Origin: an uncultured Cytophagales bacterium
Lineage (GTDB): Bacteria > Bacteroidota > Bacteroidia > Cytophagales > Bernardetiaceae
Reading direction: 5' to 3'
Assembly (NCBI GenBank): GCA_964537755.1
Contig: CAZIAQ010000002.1
Span: forward strand, 43,567-107,566
DNA length: 64,000 bases
The position numbers and the translations under genes were made by a program. The notes under the pieces are model-generated. The model searched no databases. It worked only from the letters and a program-made list of their open reading frames with translations, and had not been told where the DNA came from. Position 1 is the stretch's first letter. Each line of letters starts with the position of its first letter. Shown one piece after another: positions 18,690 through 27,343 of this stretch.

Positions 18690-19757
18690 TCAAGCGTTTC
18701 TGCCGATGCAGTTGAGGTCTTCAAAGGCTTGCACAAGGCGTTGGCAGAAGGATTCCTCACCGAGGCGAAGCCACTTGCGGGGGTCGTAATACTTTTTGTT
18801 GGGTTTGTCCGCTCCCTCGGGATTACCGATCTGGCTTTGGAGATAGGGTGATTTTTCCTCCATGTAGGTACGGATGCCCTCGCAAAAGGCCCACTGCATG
18901 TCGGTATCAATGTTCATCTTGACGGCACCATAGGTGATCGCCTCGCGGATTTGGTCGGGTTCGGAACCAGAACCTCCATGAAAAACAAAGTTGATGGGGT
19001 TGGGGCCCGTACCAAACCGCTCCTGAACGTAATCCTGGGAGTTTTTAAGGATCACGGGTTCAAGCCTGACGTTGCCGGGCTTATAGACCCCGTGTACGTT
19101 GCCGAAGGCGGCCGCAATCATGAAGCGATCGCTCACCGTTTTGAGTTGCTCGTAGGCGAAGGCCACCTCTCCGGGCTGGGTGTAGAGCTTGGCACTATCA
19201 ATGCTGGTGTTATCTACGCCGTCCTCTTCGCCACCCGTTACGCCGAGTTCCATTTCGAGGGTGATCCCGATGGCATCCAGGCGTTTGAAGTATTCCACAC
19301 AGGTAGCGACGTTTTCGCCCAGGGGTTCCTCCGAGAGGTCAAGCATGTGTGAGCTATACAAGGGCCGGCCGTAAGCCTGGTAGTGTTTTTCCTGGGCCGC
19401 TATAAGTCCGTCGATCCAGGGAAGGAGATTGCGGGCGGCGTGATCGGTATGCAAGATCACGGAGACCCCGTACAGCTCCGCAAGCTGATGTACATGCTGG
19501 GCCCCCGAGATGGCACCGGCAATGGCTGCCTGCTCATTGAGGTTGCTTAGCCCTTTGCCCGCAAAAAAATGCGCTCCGCCATTAGAAAACTGAACAATGA
19601 CGGGAGAATTGACTTTGCGGGCCGTTTCTAGCACAGCATTGACCGAGTTGGTACCCACAACATTGACCGCCGGCAGGGCGTAGTCGTTGGCGTTGGCATC
19701 ATTCAACAAATCCGATACCTCCTGACCATAGAGGACTCCTGAACGAAATTTTCCCAT
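18690..19757 (-). CDS. fbaA: Fructose-bisphosphate aldolase, class II
   Basis: 355 aa. Class II aldolase motifs (HTDHAA, HGGSG). Confidence 0.9.
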   Translation of the reverse strand: MGKFRSGVLYGQEVSDLLNDANANDYALPAVNVVGTNSVNAVLETARKVNSPVIVQFSNGGAHFFAGKGLSNLNEQAAIAGAISGAQHVHQLAELYGVSVILHTDHAARNLLPWIDGLIAAQEKHYQAYGRPLYSSHMLDLSEEPLGENVATCVEYFKRLDAIGITLEMELGVTGGEEDGVDNTSIDSAKLYTQPGEVAFAYEQLKTVSDRFMIAAAFGNVHGVYKPGNVRLEPVILKNSQDYVQERFGTGPNPINFVFHGGSGSEPDQIREAITYGAVKMNIDTDMQWAFCEGIRTYMEEKSPYLQSQIGNPEGADKPNKKYYDPRKWLRLGEESFCQRLVQAFEDLNCIGRNA

Positions 19758-19835
19758 AAAAAAGCGATTAGATTGGATGGATACGCAAAATAACGGCTTT
19801 TTGGCACAAAATCATAAAAGTATCACAAAAGGGCT

Positions 19836-21806
19836 TCATTTGGCCGGCGGCTCTTCTTGCCCGTTTTTGTTGTTGCGCTTGGATTTGCGCCTTTCGGCGA
19901 TGCGCTTCAAGAGGCTAGCCGTGATATTGAGGTAGTTAGCTTCGGTGATTAGCCCGGCCAGCTCACCTTTCACGATCACGGGGACGCATCCGATCTGGTG
20001 GCTGCCCATGACCTCCATTAGCTCCGTGATGTTGGCTTCGGGCTTGGTCGTGATGGGGTCTTTAATCATCAGGTCTCGGACGGTGTGCTGCCCTGCCGCC
20101 ACTTGCCCCTGGTGTAGGCGGGTGTAGTGGCGGAGGAGTTTGCGGGAGGAGAGCAAACCAACAAACTTACCTTCGGCATTCTCGACGGGAAGATAGCGGA
20201 TGCGCTGCCAGTTCATGATGTCAGAGGCAAAATCGGGGGTATCGTCTTCATTGACCGTAATCAAGTCGGTGTCCATGAACTCCTCCACCATCAGGGAGGA
20301 GGGCTCCCACTCGGCGATGTCGGCCACGGAGGCTAGCTCCCAGGTATGGACGGGGAGGTTTTCGCGCTGGCGGTTCATGATGGATGCCGTCAGGGCAACG
20401 GTAACCTCCTCTCGGCTGTTGCTTTTGATGAGCTTGGAGTAGGAGGAGAGAATCCATCGGGAGCCGGTGCAGATGGTTTCGTTGCGGGCTTCGATGATGT
20501 CGATGTACTTGGTGATGTCCTCGGAGGCTACGCCGGCTTTTTGGAGTCCGTGCTTGGCCAGGGGGATGAGTTCTTTGGCAATCAGCTCGGTGTCTTTGAT
20601 GTTTTTTCCACCGATCCAGGTAAAGGACGCGCCGAGTCCGCTTCGGGCCGCCTGATGAAAGTTGGATTTGGCATCGTCGAAGTCCATGACTTTGGTGATG
20701 TCGGGGTATTGGTCTTCAAAGCCATTCATTAAGCCAATCCAGAGGGCGGCATTGGCGATCTCATCGACGACGGAGGGGCCGGCGGGCAAGATGCGGTTTT
20801 CGATGCGCAGGTGTGGTTTTTCGTCTTTACCCTGCCCATAGCAAGCTCTGTTCCAGCGATATACGGTGGAGTTATGGATATTGAGTGCCGAGAGCCGTGG
20901 GGTTTTGCCTTCGGCTAGGCAACGCAGGGCATCCTCGTCGTCGTCAGACATGAGCAGCACCCGAAAGCGCATGATGTCCTCGCGGTAGAGATCCAGGATG
21001 GAGTTGCGGAGCCAACCACTGCCAAAGGTTACGCGGGGGCTACGCTCGCGGATGTGTTCGGAGGCAACGCGGGTATCGACCGACTGCCGAAAGAGGGCAA
21101 TACGGGTTTCGCTCCAGAGCCGCTTCCCGAAGAGCATCGGCGAGTTGCTGCACAAAGCCATCACGGGGGCAGCGATGGCCTGGGCGACGTTGTATTTGGA
21201 CACAAACTCGGAGGGACGCACCTGCAAATGCACCTGAAAACTGGTATTGCAGGCCTCCAACAAAGCCGAATCATGGAGGACGTTTAGCTCATCGAGGCCT
21301 TCGATGCGCAGCTCGTGTTCTTTGCCGCGCAGTTTGCGCAGCGATTCAATCAGGGCGTGGTAGCGATCCAGGGGGGTGAGGTTTTCCTTGACCAGGTCAA
21401 ACTTTCGGATCGTGGGCAGGATGCCTGTCAGGAGGTACTCAATGCCGAGTTCTTGGGTTACGCGCTGGAGTTCGGCCAGCAGCCCGTGTAGGTTGCTTTC
21501 CATTTGGGAGAAGCAGTTTCCCGTAAAAGGCAGCGGGTTGAGGTTGGCCTCGATATTAAAACGGGCGATCTCCGTGGTGAAGTTGGGATGATCGAGTTTA
21601 TTTAAGACCTCCATAGCCATGGGGGCGGGCTTGCCGTGGTCATCTACGAGGCATATCTCCTGCTCGGCCCCGATTTTGATGTTGTCGTTCTCGAAGGCAT
21701 CGTTGTCGAGCATCTGTTCCAGTGCCTGGATGTCGCGGAGTAGTCGGCGGGTGTAGGCATTGAGTTCGTGGTTGTTGCGTGCCAGACGCACGTTGAGGCT
21801 TCCCAT
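19836..21806 (-). CDS. Glutamate-cysteine ligase family 2 (carboxylate-amine ligase) fused to C-terminal tandem CBS domains
   Basis: N-terminal GCS2-like region. C-terminal pair of CBS motifs (HQIGCVPVIVKGELAGLIT). Start chosen at MGSLNVRL. The ORF track extends to 21890. Confidence 0.6.
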   Translation of the reverse strand: MGSLNVRLARNNHELNAYTRRLLRDIQALEQMLDNDAFENDNIKIGAEQEICLVDDHGKPAPMAMEVLNKLDHPNFTTEIARFNIEANLNPLPFTGNCFSQMESNLHGLLAELQRVTQELGIEYLLTGILPTIRKFDLVKENLTPLDRYHALIESLRKLRGKEHELRIEGLDELNVLHDSALLEACNTSFQVHLQVRPSEFVSKYNVAQAIAAPVMALCSNSPMLFGKRLWSETRIALFRQSVDTRVASEHIRERSPRVTFGSGWLRNSILDLYREDIMRFRVLLMSDDDEDALRCLAEGKTPRLSALNIHNSTVYRWNRACYGQGKDEKPHLRIENRILPAGPSVVDEIANAALWIGLMNGFEDQYPDITKVMDFDDAKSNFHQAARSGLGASFTWIGGKNIKDTELIAKELIPLAKHGLQKAGVASEDITKYIDIIEARNETICTGSRWILSSYSKLIKSNSREEVTVALTASIMNRQRENLPVHTWELASVADIAEWEPSSLMVEEFMDTDLITVNEDDTPDFASDIMNWQRIRYLPVENAEGKFVGLLSSRKLLRHYTRLHQGQVAAGQHTVRDLMIKDPITTKPEANITELMEVMGSHQIGCVPVIVKGELAGLITEANYLNITASLLKRIAERRKSKRNNKNGQEEPPAK

Positions 21807-21910
21807 AACAAAAAGATGATTTGCGTTTTGATGGGAAAAGATAAGGATAGATTTCGTAACCCAAAACAAAAAGCGAATAAAAATAGGCAAAATGTACTAA
21901 ATGCCGTCTT

Positions 21911-22804
21911 TTATAGGAGGTCTGCCTTTTTTGTGGGCCTGGTTACGGCATATACACCCAGGAAAATCAGCGAAGCCGCCCCAATTTTAGACCAGGTCAG
22001 GGTATCTGTTCCGAGCCAGATGGCAATGAAAGTAGTCAAGATGGGCTGCAAATAGATATAAAAACCCACCACACTCGGATTGACGAGCCGCAAAGCCCAG
22101 GCATTGAGCAAGTACGCCAAAAACGTCGTCGCCACCACCACAAAAGCCGCGCCTTGCCAGGCATAAGCCGGCACCGCACTGATCTCTAGCCCCGCCAACG
22201 ACTGCCCGCCCACAGGCACCACGCCCACGATGCCCAACAAAAACACCCATCGGATCACGGTTAGGGCATGGTACTTGACCAGCAGTGGCTTGACCAGCAC
22301 CAGATACAAGCCATACGAAGCCGCATTGGTCAAAATCAACAGATCGCCCATAGCCGTCTCTCGCCCAAACGAAACCCCGCCGCCACCGATGATCCAGAAC
22401 ACCCCGGCTGCCCCCAGGGCGATACCTAGCAGCTTGAGGCGCGTGAGGGGTTCTTTTAGGAGCAATGCCGAAGCCAACAAGACCATCACCGGCGAAAGGA
22501 TCATAATCACGGAGGCGTTGATGGGTGTGGTCAGGGATACCCCTTTGATGAAGCACAACTGGTTCAGGATCACCCCAAAAAAGCTACATAGCCCCAGCCG
22601 CACAAAATCTTTGCGGTCTCGGATCGGTTCCCGAATAAACCAAGCGTGAAAAAGGCTAAACAACAACGCTGCTCCCACCACCCGCATCACCACTAAGGCA
22701 AACGGCCCGATGGGGTCGGGCGTAACAAACTTGACAATATTATAGGTGGCAGCATAAATGAGCGATACTGCCCCCAGGGCGGCATGGGTCAAGAAGTTTT
22801 TCAT
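21911..22804 (-). CDS. EamA/DMT-family transporter
   Basis: About 10 TM helices. Two EamA-like halves. Confidence 0.65.
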   Translation of the reverse strand: MKNFLTHAALGAVSLIYAATYNIVKFVTPDPIGPFALVVMRVVGAALLFSLFHAWFIREPIRDRKDFVRLGLCSFFGVILNQLCFIKGVSLTTPINASVIMILSPVMVLLASALLLKEPLTRLKLLGIALGAAGVFWIIGGGGVSFGRETAMGDLLILTNAASYGLYLVLVKPLLVKYHALTVIRWVFLLGIVGVVPVGGQSLAGLEISAVPAYAWQGAAFVVVATTFLAYLLNAWALRLVNPSVVGFYIYLQPILTTFIAIWLGTDTLTWSKIGAASLIFLGVYAVTRPTKKADLL

Positions 22805-22843
22805 GCCGCGAAGGTACAACGGAGGCAGGACAAAAGACGGCAG

Positions 22844-23668
22844 CTAGGAGGAGGAGGAGGGCATCAAGCGTTGATCGCTTTCTCGACCCTGGTTCGTAGC
22901 GGATCGGTAGAGTTCGGTGCGCTCGCTTGGGTCGCGGTGTGCCAGGTCAAGCATCCCGAAGCCCTGCTCGGCAAAATCGCCCAAGCCTGCCAAGAAGACA
23001 AACTCCTGTACCCGCGCATCGGCGTGTAAGACCAGCGGGAAGGTATAGCCCCGCACTTCGTAGGCTCGTCCGGCGGCATGAATGGCATAGAGGCGGGCAA
23101 ACTTTTTGTCTCGGCTCCGCATCTTATCGAGGTAGGATTTGTCGGGAACCACCTGAAAACGGTAATAACTCGCCAACTCTTCGGAGGAATACCTACCCGA
23201 TTGCTCCATTCGCAAGATCGTCGTCTCGTACAAGTAGTCCGAAAAAACATCCTGGTCTGGCTCCAAAAACGCCCGCAACATCCCCACCTCGTGATGACGA
23301 CGCACCGGAACCAGCGGCGCAATGCACACATAACGCATCTGCTCCTGGAAGCGCGGCAACTGCTCCCGCTCTGCCCGGACAGGCTCGAGTTCTAAGGCAC
23401 CGATCTTCCATCGGGGACGCGAAAAAATCACATCCAACAAACGATCTACCGCCGTTACGGAATTACAGGCAAAAACCAACGTAACATAACGGGAACAGTA
23501 GTGCAGCCCCTTACGACTGATACGGGTCTGCCCTTTCAATCCCGAAAAATGATAATCAAATTTTTTGTCTGAAAAAATATGCTCAATCACTTCGGCAAAC
23601 AAATGCTGATGAAAAAAAGGAAGGGCAGCCCCACGGTTCTTCAACGAAAAAATAATGCGCGTTCTCAC
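22844..23668 (-). CDS. Cas6-like endoribonuclease (solitary; no CRISPR array in window)
   Basis: About 274 aa. C-terminal glycine-rich loop GLGDFAEQGFG (GxGxxxxxGxG), the Cas6 hallmark, preceded by ferredoxin-like regions. Confidence 0.5.
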   Translation of the reverse strand: MRTRIIFSLKNRGAALPFFHQHLFAEVIEHIFSDKKFDYHFSGLKGQTRISRKGLHYCSRYVTLVFACNSVTAVDRLLDVIFSRPRWKIGALELEPVRAEREQLPRFQEQMRYVCIAPLVPVRRHHEVGMLRAFLEPDQDVFSDYLYETTILRMEQSGRYSSEELASYYRFQVVPDKSYLDKMRSRDKKFARLYAIHAAGRAYEVRGYTFPLVLHADARVQEFVFLAGLGDFAEQGFGMLDLAHRDPSERTELYRSATNQGRESDQRLMPSSSS

Positions 23669-23999
23669 AGTTTTTTTGCTCTCTTTACTTCTGAAAAAAC
23701 TTTGTATGTAAAGAGTGTTTGTTTTTTTGAGGTAATTTTTTTATCCGGTTTTTTGTGAGCGACCCACGGACTATATCCAAACAAGCGTTTGAAACTTTGC
23801 TGGTCGTTTTTTCGATTATGATAAGCAAAGGGGCGGATACGGAGGTATCCAAACGAAATTTGGTCTATGCCAATTTTTACGGGTTCAAACAAACGTTTTA
23901 TTCTGAATAAATTTGCTCACAAAAAATTTTGTTCCGTCCTTTGTCCTATCATTTGTTCAACGGAACATCTTTTCACTCACTCAAAAAGCAATAATTGTC

Positions 24000-24296
24000 A
24001 TGGAAGATTTAATCAAAAAATTCATTTACACCGGTGTTGGTTTGGTTTCGATGACCACCGACAAGTTTCGCCAAACCATCGACCAGTTGGTGAGCGACGA
24101 AAAACTCTCCCGCGAAGAGGGCAAGGAAATCGTCGATAAGTTTTTTCAGTCCACCGAAACGCGCAAAGAAGAGTTCGAGCAGCAACTCAACCAGGTCATT
24201 GAGCGCGTCATCGCCCAGTTTAACTTTGCTCCCCGCTCCGAAATCGAAAAACTCGAAGCCCGCATCAAAGAGTTGGAAGCCGAGCAAAGCAAATAA
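24000..24296 (+). CDS. Phasin-family protein (paralog 1 of 3)
   Basis: MEDLIKKFIYTGVGLVSMTTDKF...EEGKEIVD resembles the PHA-granule phasin (PhaF/PhaI-like) N-terminus. Start chosen at the internal Met. Confidence 0.45.
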   Translation: MEDLIKKFIYTGVGLVSMTTDKFRQTIDQLVSDEKLSREEGKEIVDKFFQSTETRKEEFEQQLNQVIERVIAQFNFAPRSEIEKLEARIKELEAEQSK

Positions 24297-24348
24297 AGGC
24301 AAAGGGCATTTTTTTATTTTTAACACAAACTTTTAACTGCTTGTACCT

Positions 24349-24720
24349 ATGGAAACGATCAAAAATTTAATCTACACTGGCGTTGGACTGGTCTCCCTGA
24401 CCAGCGATAAGTTTACCCAACTCGTCGATGAGCTGGTGGACGAGAAAAAACTCTCCGTCGAAGAGGGCCGCAAGATCATGGATGACTTCGTCAAGACCAC
24501 CGGCGACAAAAAAGAAGACTTCGAGTCGCAGTTGAGCGGATTGGTAGAAAAACTGATGAAATCCCTCAACTTTGCCACGACCTCCGACGTAAACACCCTG
24601 GCAGAGCGCATCAAAGCCCTCGAAACTGCCCAAGGAGAGACCCCCGCGCCCACCAAGACGAAGACCTCTACCCGACGCACCAAAAAAACCTCCGAGACCG
24701 AAACCTCCGAAGAAGCATGA
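24349..24720 (+). CDS. Phasin-family protein (paralog 2 of 3)
   Basis: METIKNLIYTGVGLVSLTSDKF...EEGRKIMD. The C-terminal PTKTKTSTRRTKKTSETETSEE tail is low-complexity. Confidence 0.45.
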   Translation: METIKNLIYTGVGLVSLTSDKFTQLVDELVDEKKLSVEEGRKIMDDFVKTTGDKKEDFESQLSGLVEKLMKSLNFATTSDVNTLAERIKALETAQGETPAPTKTKTSTRRTKKTSETETSEEA

Positions 24721-25010
24721 AAACCCTAGCCACCGAAATCCTCCACATTGGACTCGGGGCGGCCTCCCTGAACGCCGACCGTCTCCTCAAGTTCATCGAC
24801 CGCATGAACTATGACCTCAAAGTGGCCGAAGAAGAAGGCAAAAAAATCGTCAGCCAATGGGAAACACAAACCCAGGAACGAAAAGCCGCCTTTGAAGGAC
24901 AACTCGAAGAACTCAGCCAGAAGGTCAAGCAGTCTATCGGTACGTTTGATAACCAAAAAACCGAAGACCTGACCCAACAGCTCGAAACCCTGCAAGCCGC
25001 CGAGGCCTAA
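24717..25010 (+). CDS. Phasin-family protein (paralog 3 of 3)
   Basis: MKTLATEILHIGLGAASLNADRL...EEGKKIVS. 4-nt overlap with paralog 2. Confidence 0.4.
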   Translation: MKTLATEILHIGLGAASLNADRLLKFIDRMNYDLKVAEEEGKKIVSQWETQTQERKAAFEGQLEELSQKVKQSIGTFDNQKTEDLTQQLETLQAAEA

Positions 25011-25062
25011 GACCGTGTATATCCGTACCTGCGGGTGCGGATAGGTAGTGTGATGTGATGTG

Positions 25063-25099
25063 AAAAACCTTCATTTCCTTTGGGATGAAGGTTTTTTTA
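25063..25099 (+). terminator. Rho-independent terminator after phasin cluster
   Basis: Stem aaccttcat (25066-25074), loop, atgaaggtt (25085-25093), then TTTTTT. Confidence 0.5.
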
Positions 25100-25129
25100 G
25101 TACTTTTGGGGCTAAATTCTCTTTTACCC

Positions 25130-26011
25130 ATGGATCAAAGACCCCCCCGGCGCACACGACGCGACAGCAAAAAACGCCCCCCGCAGTATAACCTCGACAA
25201 ACTCAACACCCCGCCGGCACGCCGCCCAAGCCGACCCGTTACGTTCAGGAAACGCAAAGAAGAACCCGCCCCCCTTCCACCCAAAGATACCCGCCTCAAC
25301 CGTTTCATTGCCAATGCCGGCATCTGCTCAAGACGCGAAGCCGATACCCATATCACCGCCGGACACGTCCAGATCAATGGCGTAGTGGTTACCGAACTCG
25401 GGCGAAGGGTAAAGCCCGACGATCAGGTGCGCTACAAAGGCAGGATCATCTCGGCCGAACGACCCGTGTATATCCTGCTCAACAAGCCCAAAGATTTCAT
25501 CACGACCACCAAAGACCCCCAGGGCAGACCTACGGTCATGGATTTGGTCAAGGATGCCGCCCCCCAACGCCTCTATCCCGTCGGACGGCTCGACCGCCAA
25601 ACCACCGGACTGCTCCTCTTGACCAACGACGGCGACCTCTCCAAAAAGCTCACCCACCCCTCCTACCAAGTCCCGAAAGTTTATCGCATCGAACTCGATA
25701 AGCCCATCGAAGCCGATCACTTCGATCAGCTCTCTCAGGGCATTACGCTCGAAGATGGCTTCATCAAGCCCGACGACTTAGCCGTGGTCTCCCCAGACGG
25801 ACTGGTACTGGGCATCGAAATCCATAGCGGCAAAAACCGCATCGTCCGACGGATGTTTGAACACTTTGGTTATCAGATCGAAAAGCTTGATCGCACCATC
25901 TATGCCGGCCTAACCAAAGCCGGACTCGGCCGAGGCAAGTGGCGTTTTTTGAAGGAGCAAGAGGTCGTTCGGCTCAAGTTTTTTAAAGCCAGCCACCCAA
26001 AACAGCGGTAG
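25130..26011 (+). CDS. rRNA pseudouridine synthase (RluB/RsuA family) with S4 domain
   Basis: S4 motif LNRFIANAGICSRREAD. Catalytic motif YPVGRLDRQTTGLLLLTNDG. Start moved to MDQRPP because the terminator hairpin lies in the 5' part of the track ORF. Confidence 0.8.
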   Translation: MDQRPPRRTRRDSKKRPPQYNLDKLNTPPARRPSRPVTFRKRKEEPAPLPPKDTRLNRFIANAGICSRREADTHITAGHVQINGVVVTELGRRVKPDDQVRYKGRIISAERPVYILLNKPKDFITTTKDPQGRPTVMDLVKDAAPQRLYPVGRLDRQTTGLLLLTNDGDLSKKLTHPSYQVPKVYRIELDKPIEADHFDQLSQGITLEDGFIKPDDLAVVSPDGLVLGIEIHSGKNRIVRRMFEHFGYQIEKLDRTIYAGLTKAGLGRGKWRFLKEQEVVRLKFFKASHPKQR

Positions 26012-26134
26012 GTATTTGACCATTTCCAGAAAAACTTGTATTTTTGCTAGACCATTCATTGACCATAACCCCCCTCTTGTTTCCGCTGTATGCCGCATCT
26101 CTACTGATTTTTACCTTTCATTCATCATCGGGTT

Positions 26135-27328
26135 ATGTTAAAAAAACGCTTCTTTACGATGCTGGTCGTGGCTGCCGTACTGGCACTCCTCCAGCCTGCA
26201 CACGCACAAACCGCCCCTGGTCTTCTGGGACAGGACTCCACGCGCCGCGTCATCACGACGGCTGTTCAATTTTTGCTCATTTCGCCGGATGCCCGCAGCG
26301 CAGGCATGGGTGATGTCGGGGTAGCCATTGATGGGGATGCCAATGCCACGCACTGGAACCCCTCCAAGCTGGCCTTCGCCGAGGACGAATGGGGCGTAGC
26401 GGTCTCGTTTTCGCCCTGGCTCCGCAACCTGGTCAATGATATGTCGCTCTCCTATTTGAGTGCCTACAAACGCCTCGACAAACGCCGCACCCTGGCTGCC
26501 TCCATGCGCTACTTCGATATGGGATCCTTGCAGTTTACGGATGCCATAGGCAATCCAATTCAGGATTTTATCCCCCGTGAGTTTGCCATTGATGGCACGT
26601 ATGCCTTCCAGCTCTCCGAGAAGATGAGCATGGCCGGAACGGCGCGTTTTATTCATTCCAACCTTGCTGGCAGCATCTCCAATGGCACCGTACAAGGCGG
26701 CGGCACACGCCCAGGCAACACGGTAGCCGTCGATTTCTCGATGTTCTACAAAACGCCCCTGAGCCTCGGTAGCACGGATGCCGACATGGCTTTTGGGTTC
26801 AATATCTCTAATATCGGTGCTAAAATTTCATACAACAACCCCGAGCAGCGCGATTATCTCCCCGCCAACCTGCGCCTCGGTACGGCCTTCAATGCCCGCT
26901 TCAACCCCCGTAACCGATTAACACTTGCGCTAGATTTCAATAAGTTGCTTGTCCCTACGCCGCCCATCCTCAACGCCGATGGTACGCTCCGTGCGGGTAA
27001 GGAGTATGACCGATCGCTGCTCAACAGCGTCTTTGGTTCCTTCACCGATGCCCCTGATGGCTTAGGCGAAGAACTGCAAGAAGTGATCCTGTCCTTCGGG
27101 ACAGAGTATTGGTACAATGACATCTTTGCAATTCGGGCTGGCTACTACTACGAAAGCCCCAACAAGGGCGACCGCAACTACTTCTCCGTAGGCTTAGGGC
27201 TACGCTACCAGATGTTTGGCTTTGATTTCGCCTATCTGGTTCCCAACCAACAAAACCATCCCCTGGCAGATACGCTGCGCTTTACGCTCTTGCTCAAACT
27301 GGACAAATCGAACCCAGATGCAGAGTAG
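26135..27328 (+). CDS. porV: Type IX secretion system outer-membrane protein PorV (LptO) family
   Basis: Signal peptide. Conserved N-terminal block VITTAVQFLLISPDARSAGMGDVGVAIDGDANATHWNP typical of PorV/PorQ beta-barrels. Confidence 0.55.
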   Translation: MLKKRFFTMLVVAAVLALLQPAHAQTAPGLLGQDSTRRVITTAVQFLLISPDARSAGMGDVGVAIDGDANATHWNPSKLAFAEDEWGVAVSFSPWLRNLVNDMSLSYLSAYKRLDKRRTLAASMRYFDMGSLQFTDAIGNPIQDFIPREFAIDGTYAFQLSEKMSMAGTARFIHSNLAGSISNGTVQGGGTRPGNTVAVDFSMFYKTPLSLGSTDADMAFGFNISNIGAKISYNNPEQRDYLPANLRLGTAFNARFNPRNRLTLALDFNKLLVPTPPILNADGTLRAGKEYDRSLLNSVFGSFTDAPDGLGEELQEVILSFGTEYWYNDIFAIRAGYYYESPNKGDRNYFSVGLGLRYQMFGFDFAYLVPNQQNHPLADTLRFTLLLKLDKSNPDAE

Positions 27329-27343
27329 GCGTAAGTTATTGAT

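Noticed and set aside
22844-23999. Possible CRISPR array next to the Cas6-like gene
   Set aside because: Read 23669-23999 and the other flank. No direct repeats of 25-40 nt with regular spacers are present. The region is a plain AT-rich intergenic or promoter stretch.
25085-25129. Upstream start for the pseudouridine synthase (MKVFLVLLGLNSLLP)
   Set aside because: These codons coincide with the terminator hairpin and T-run of the phasin cluster. The Met at 25130 precedes the basic N-terminal region and is the more plausible start.
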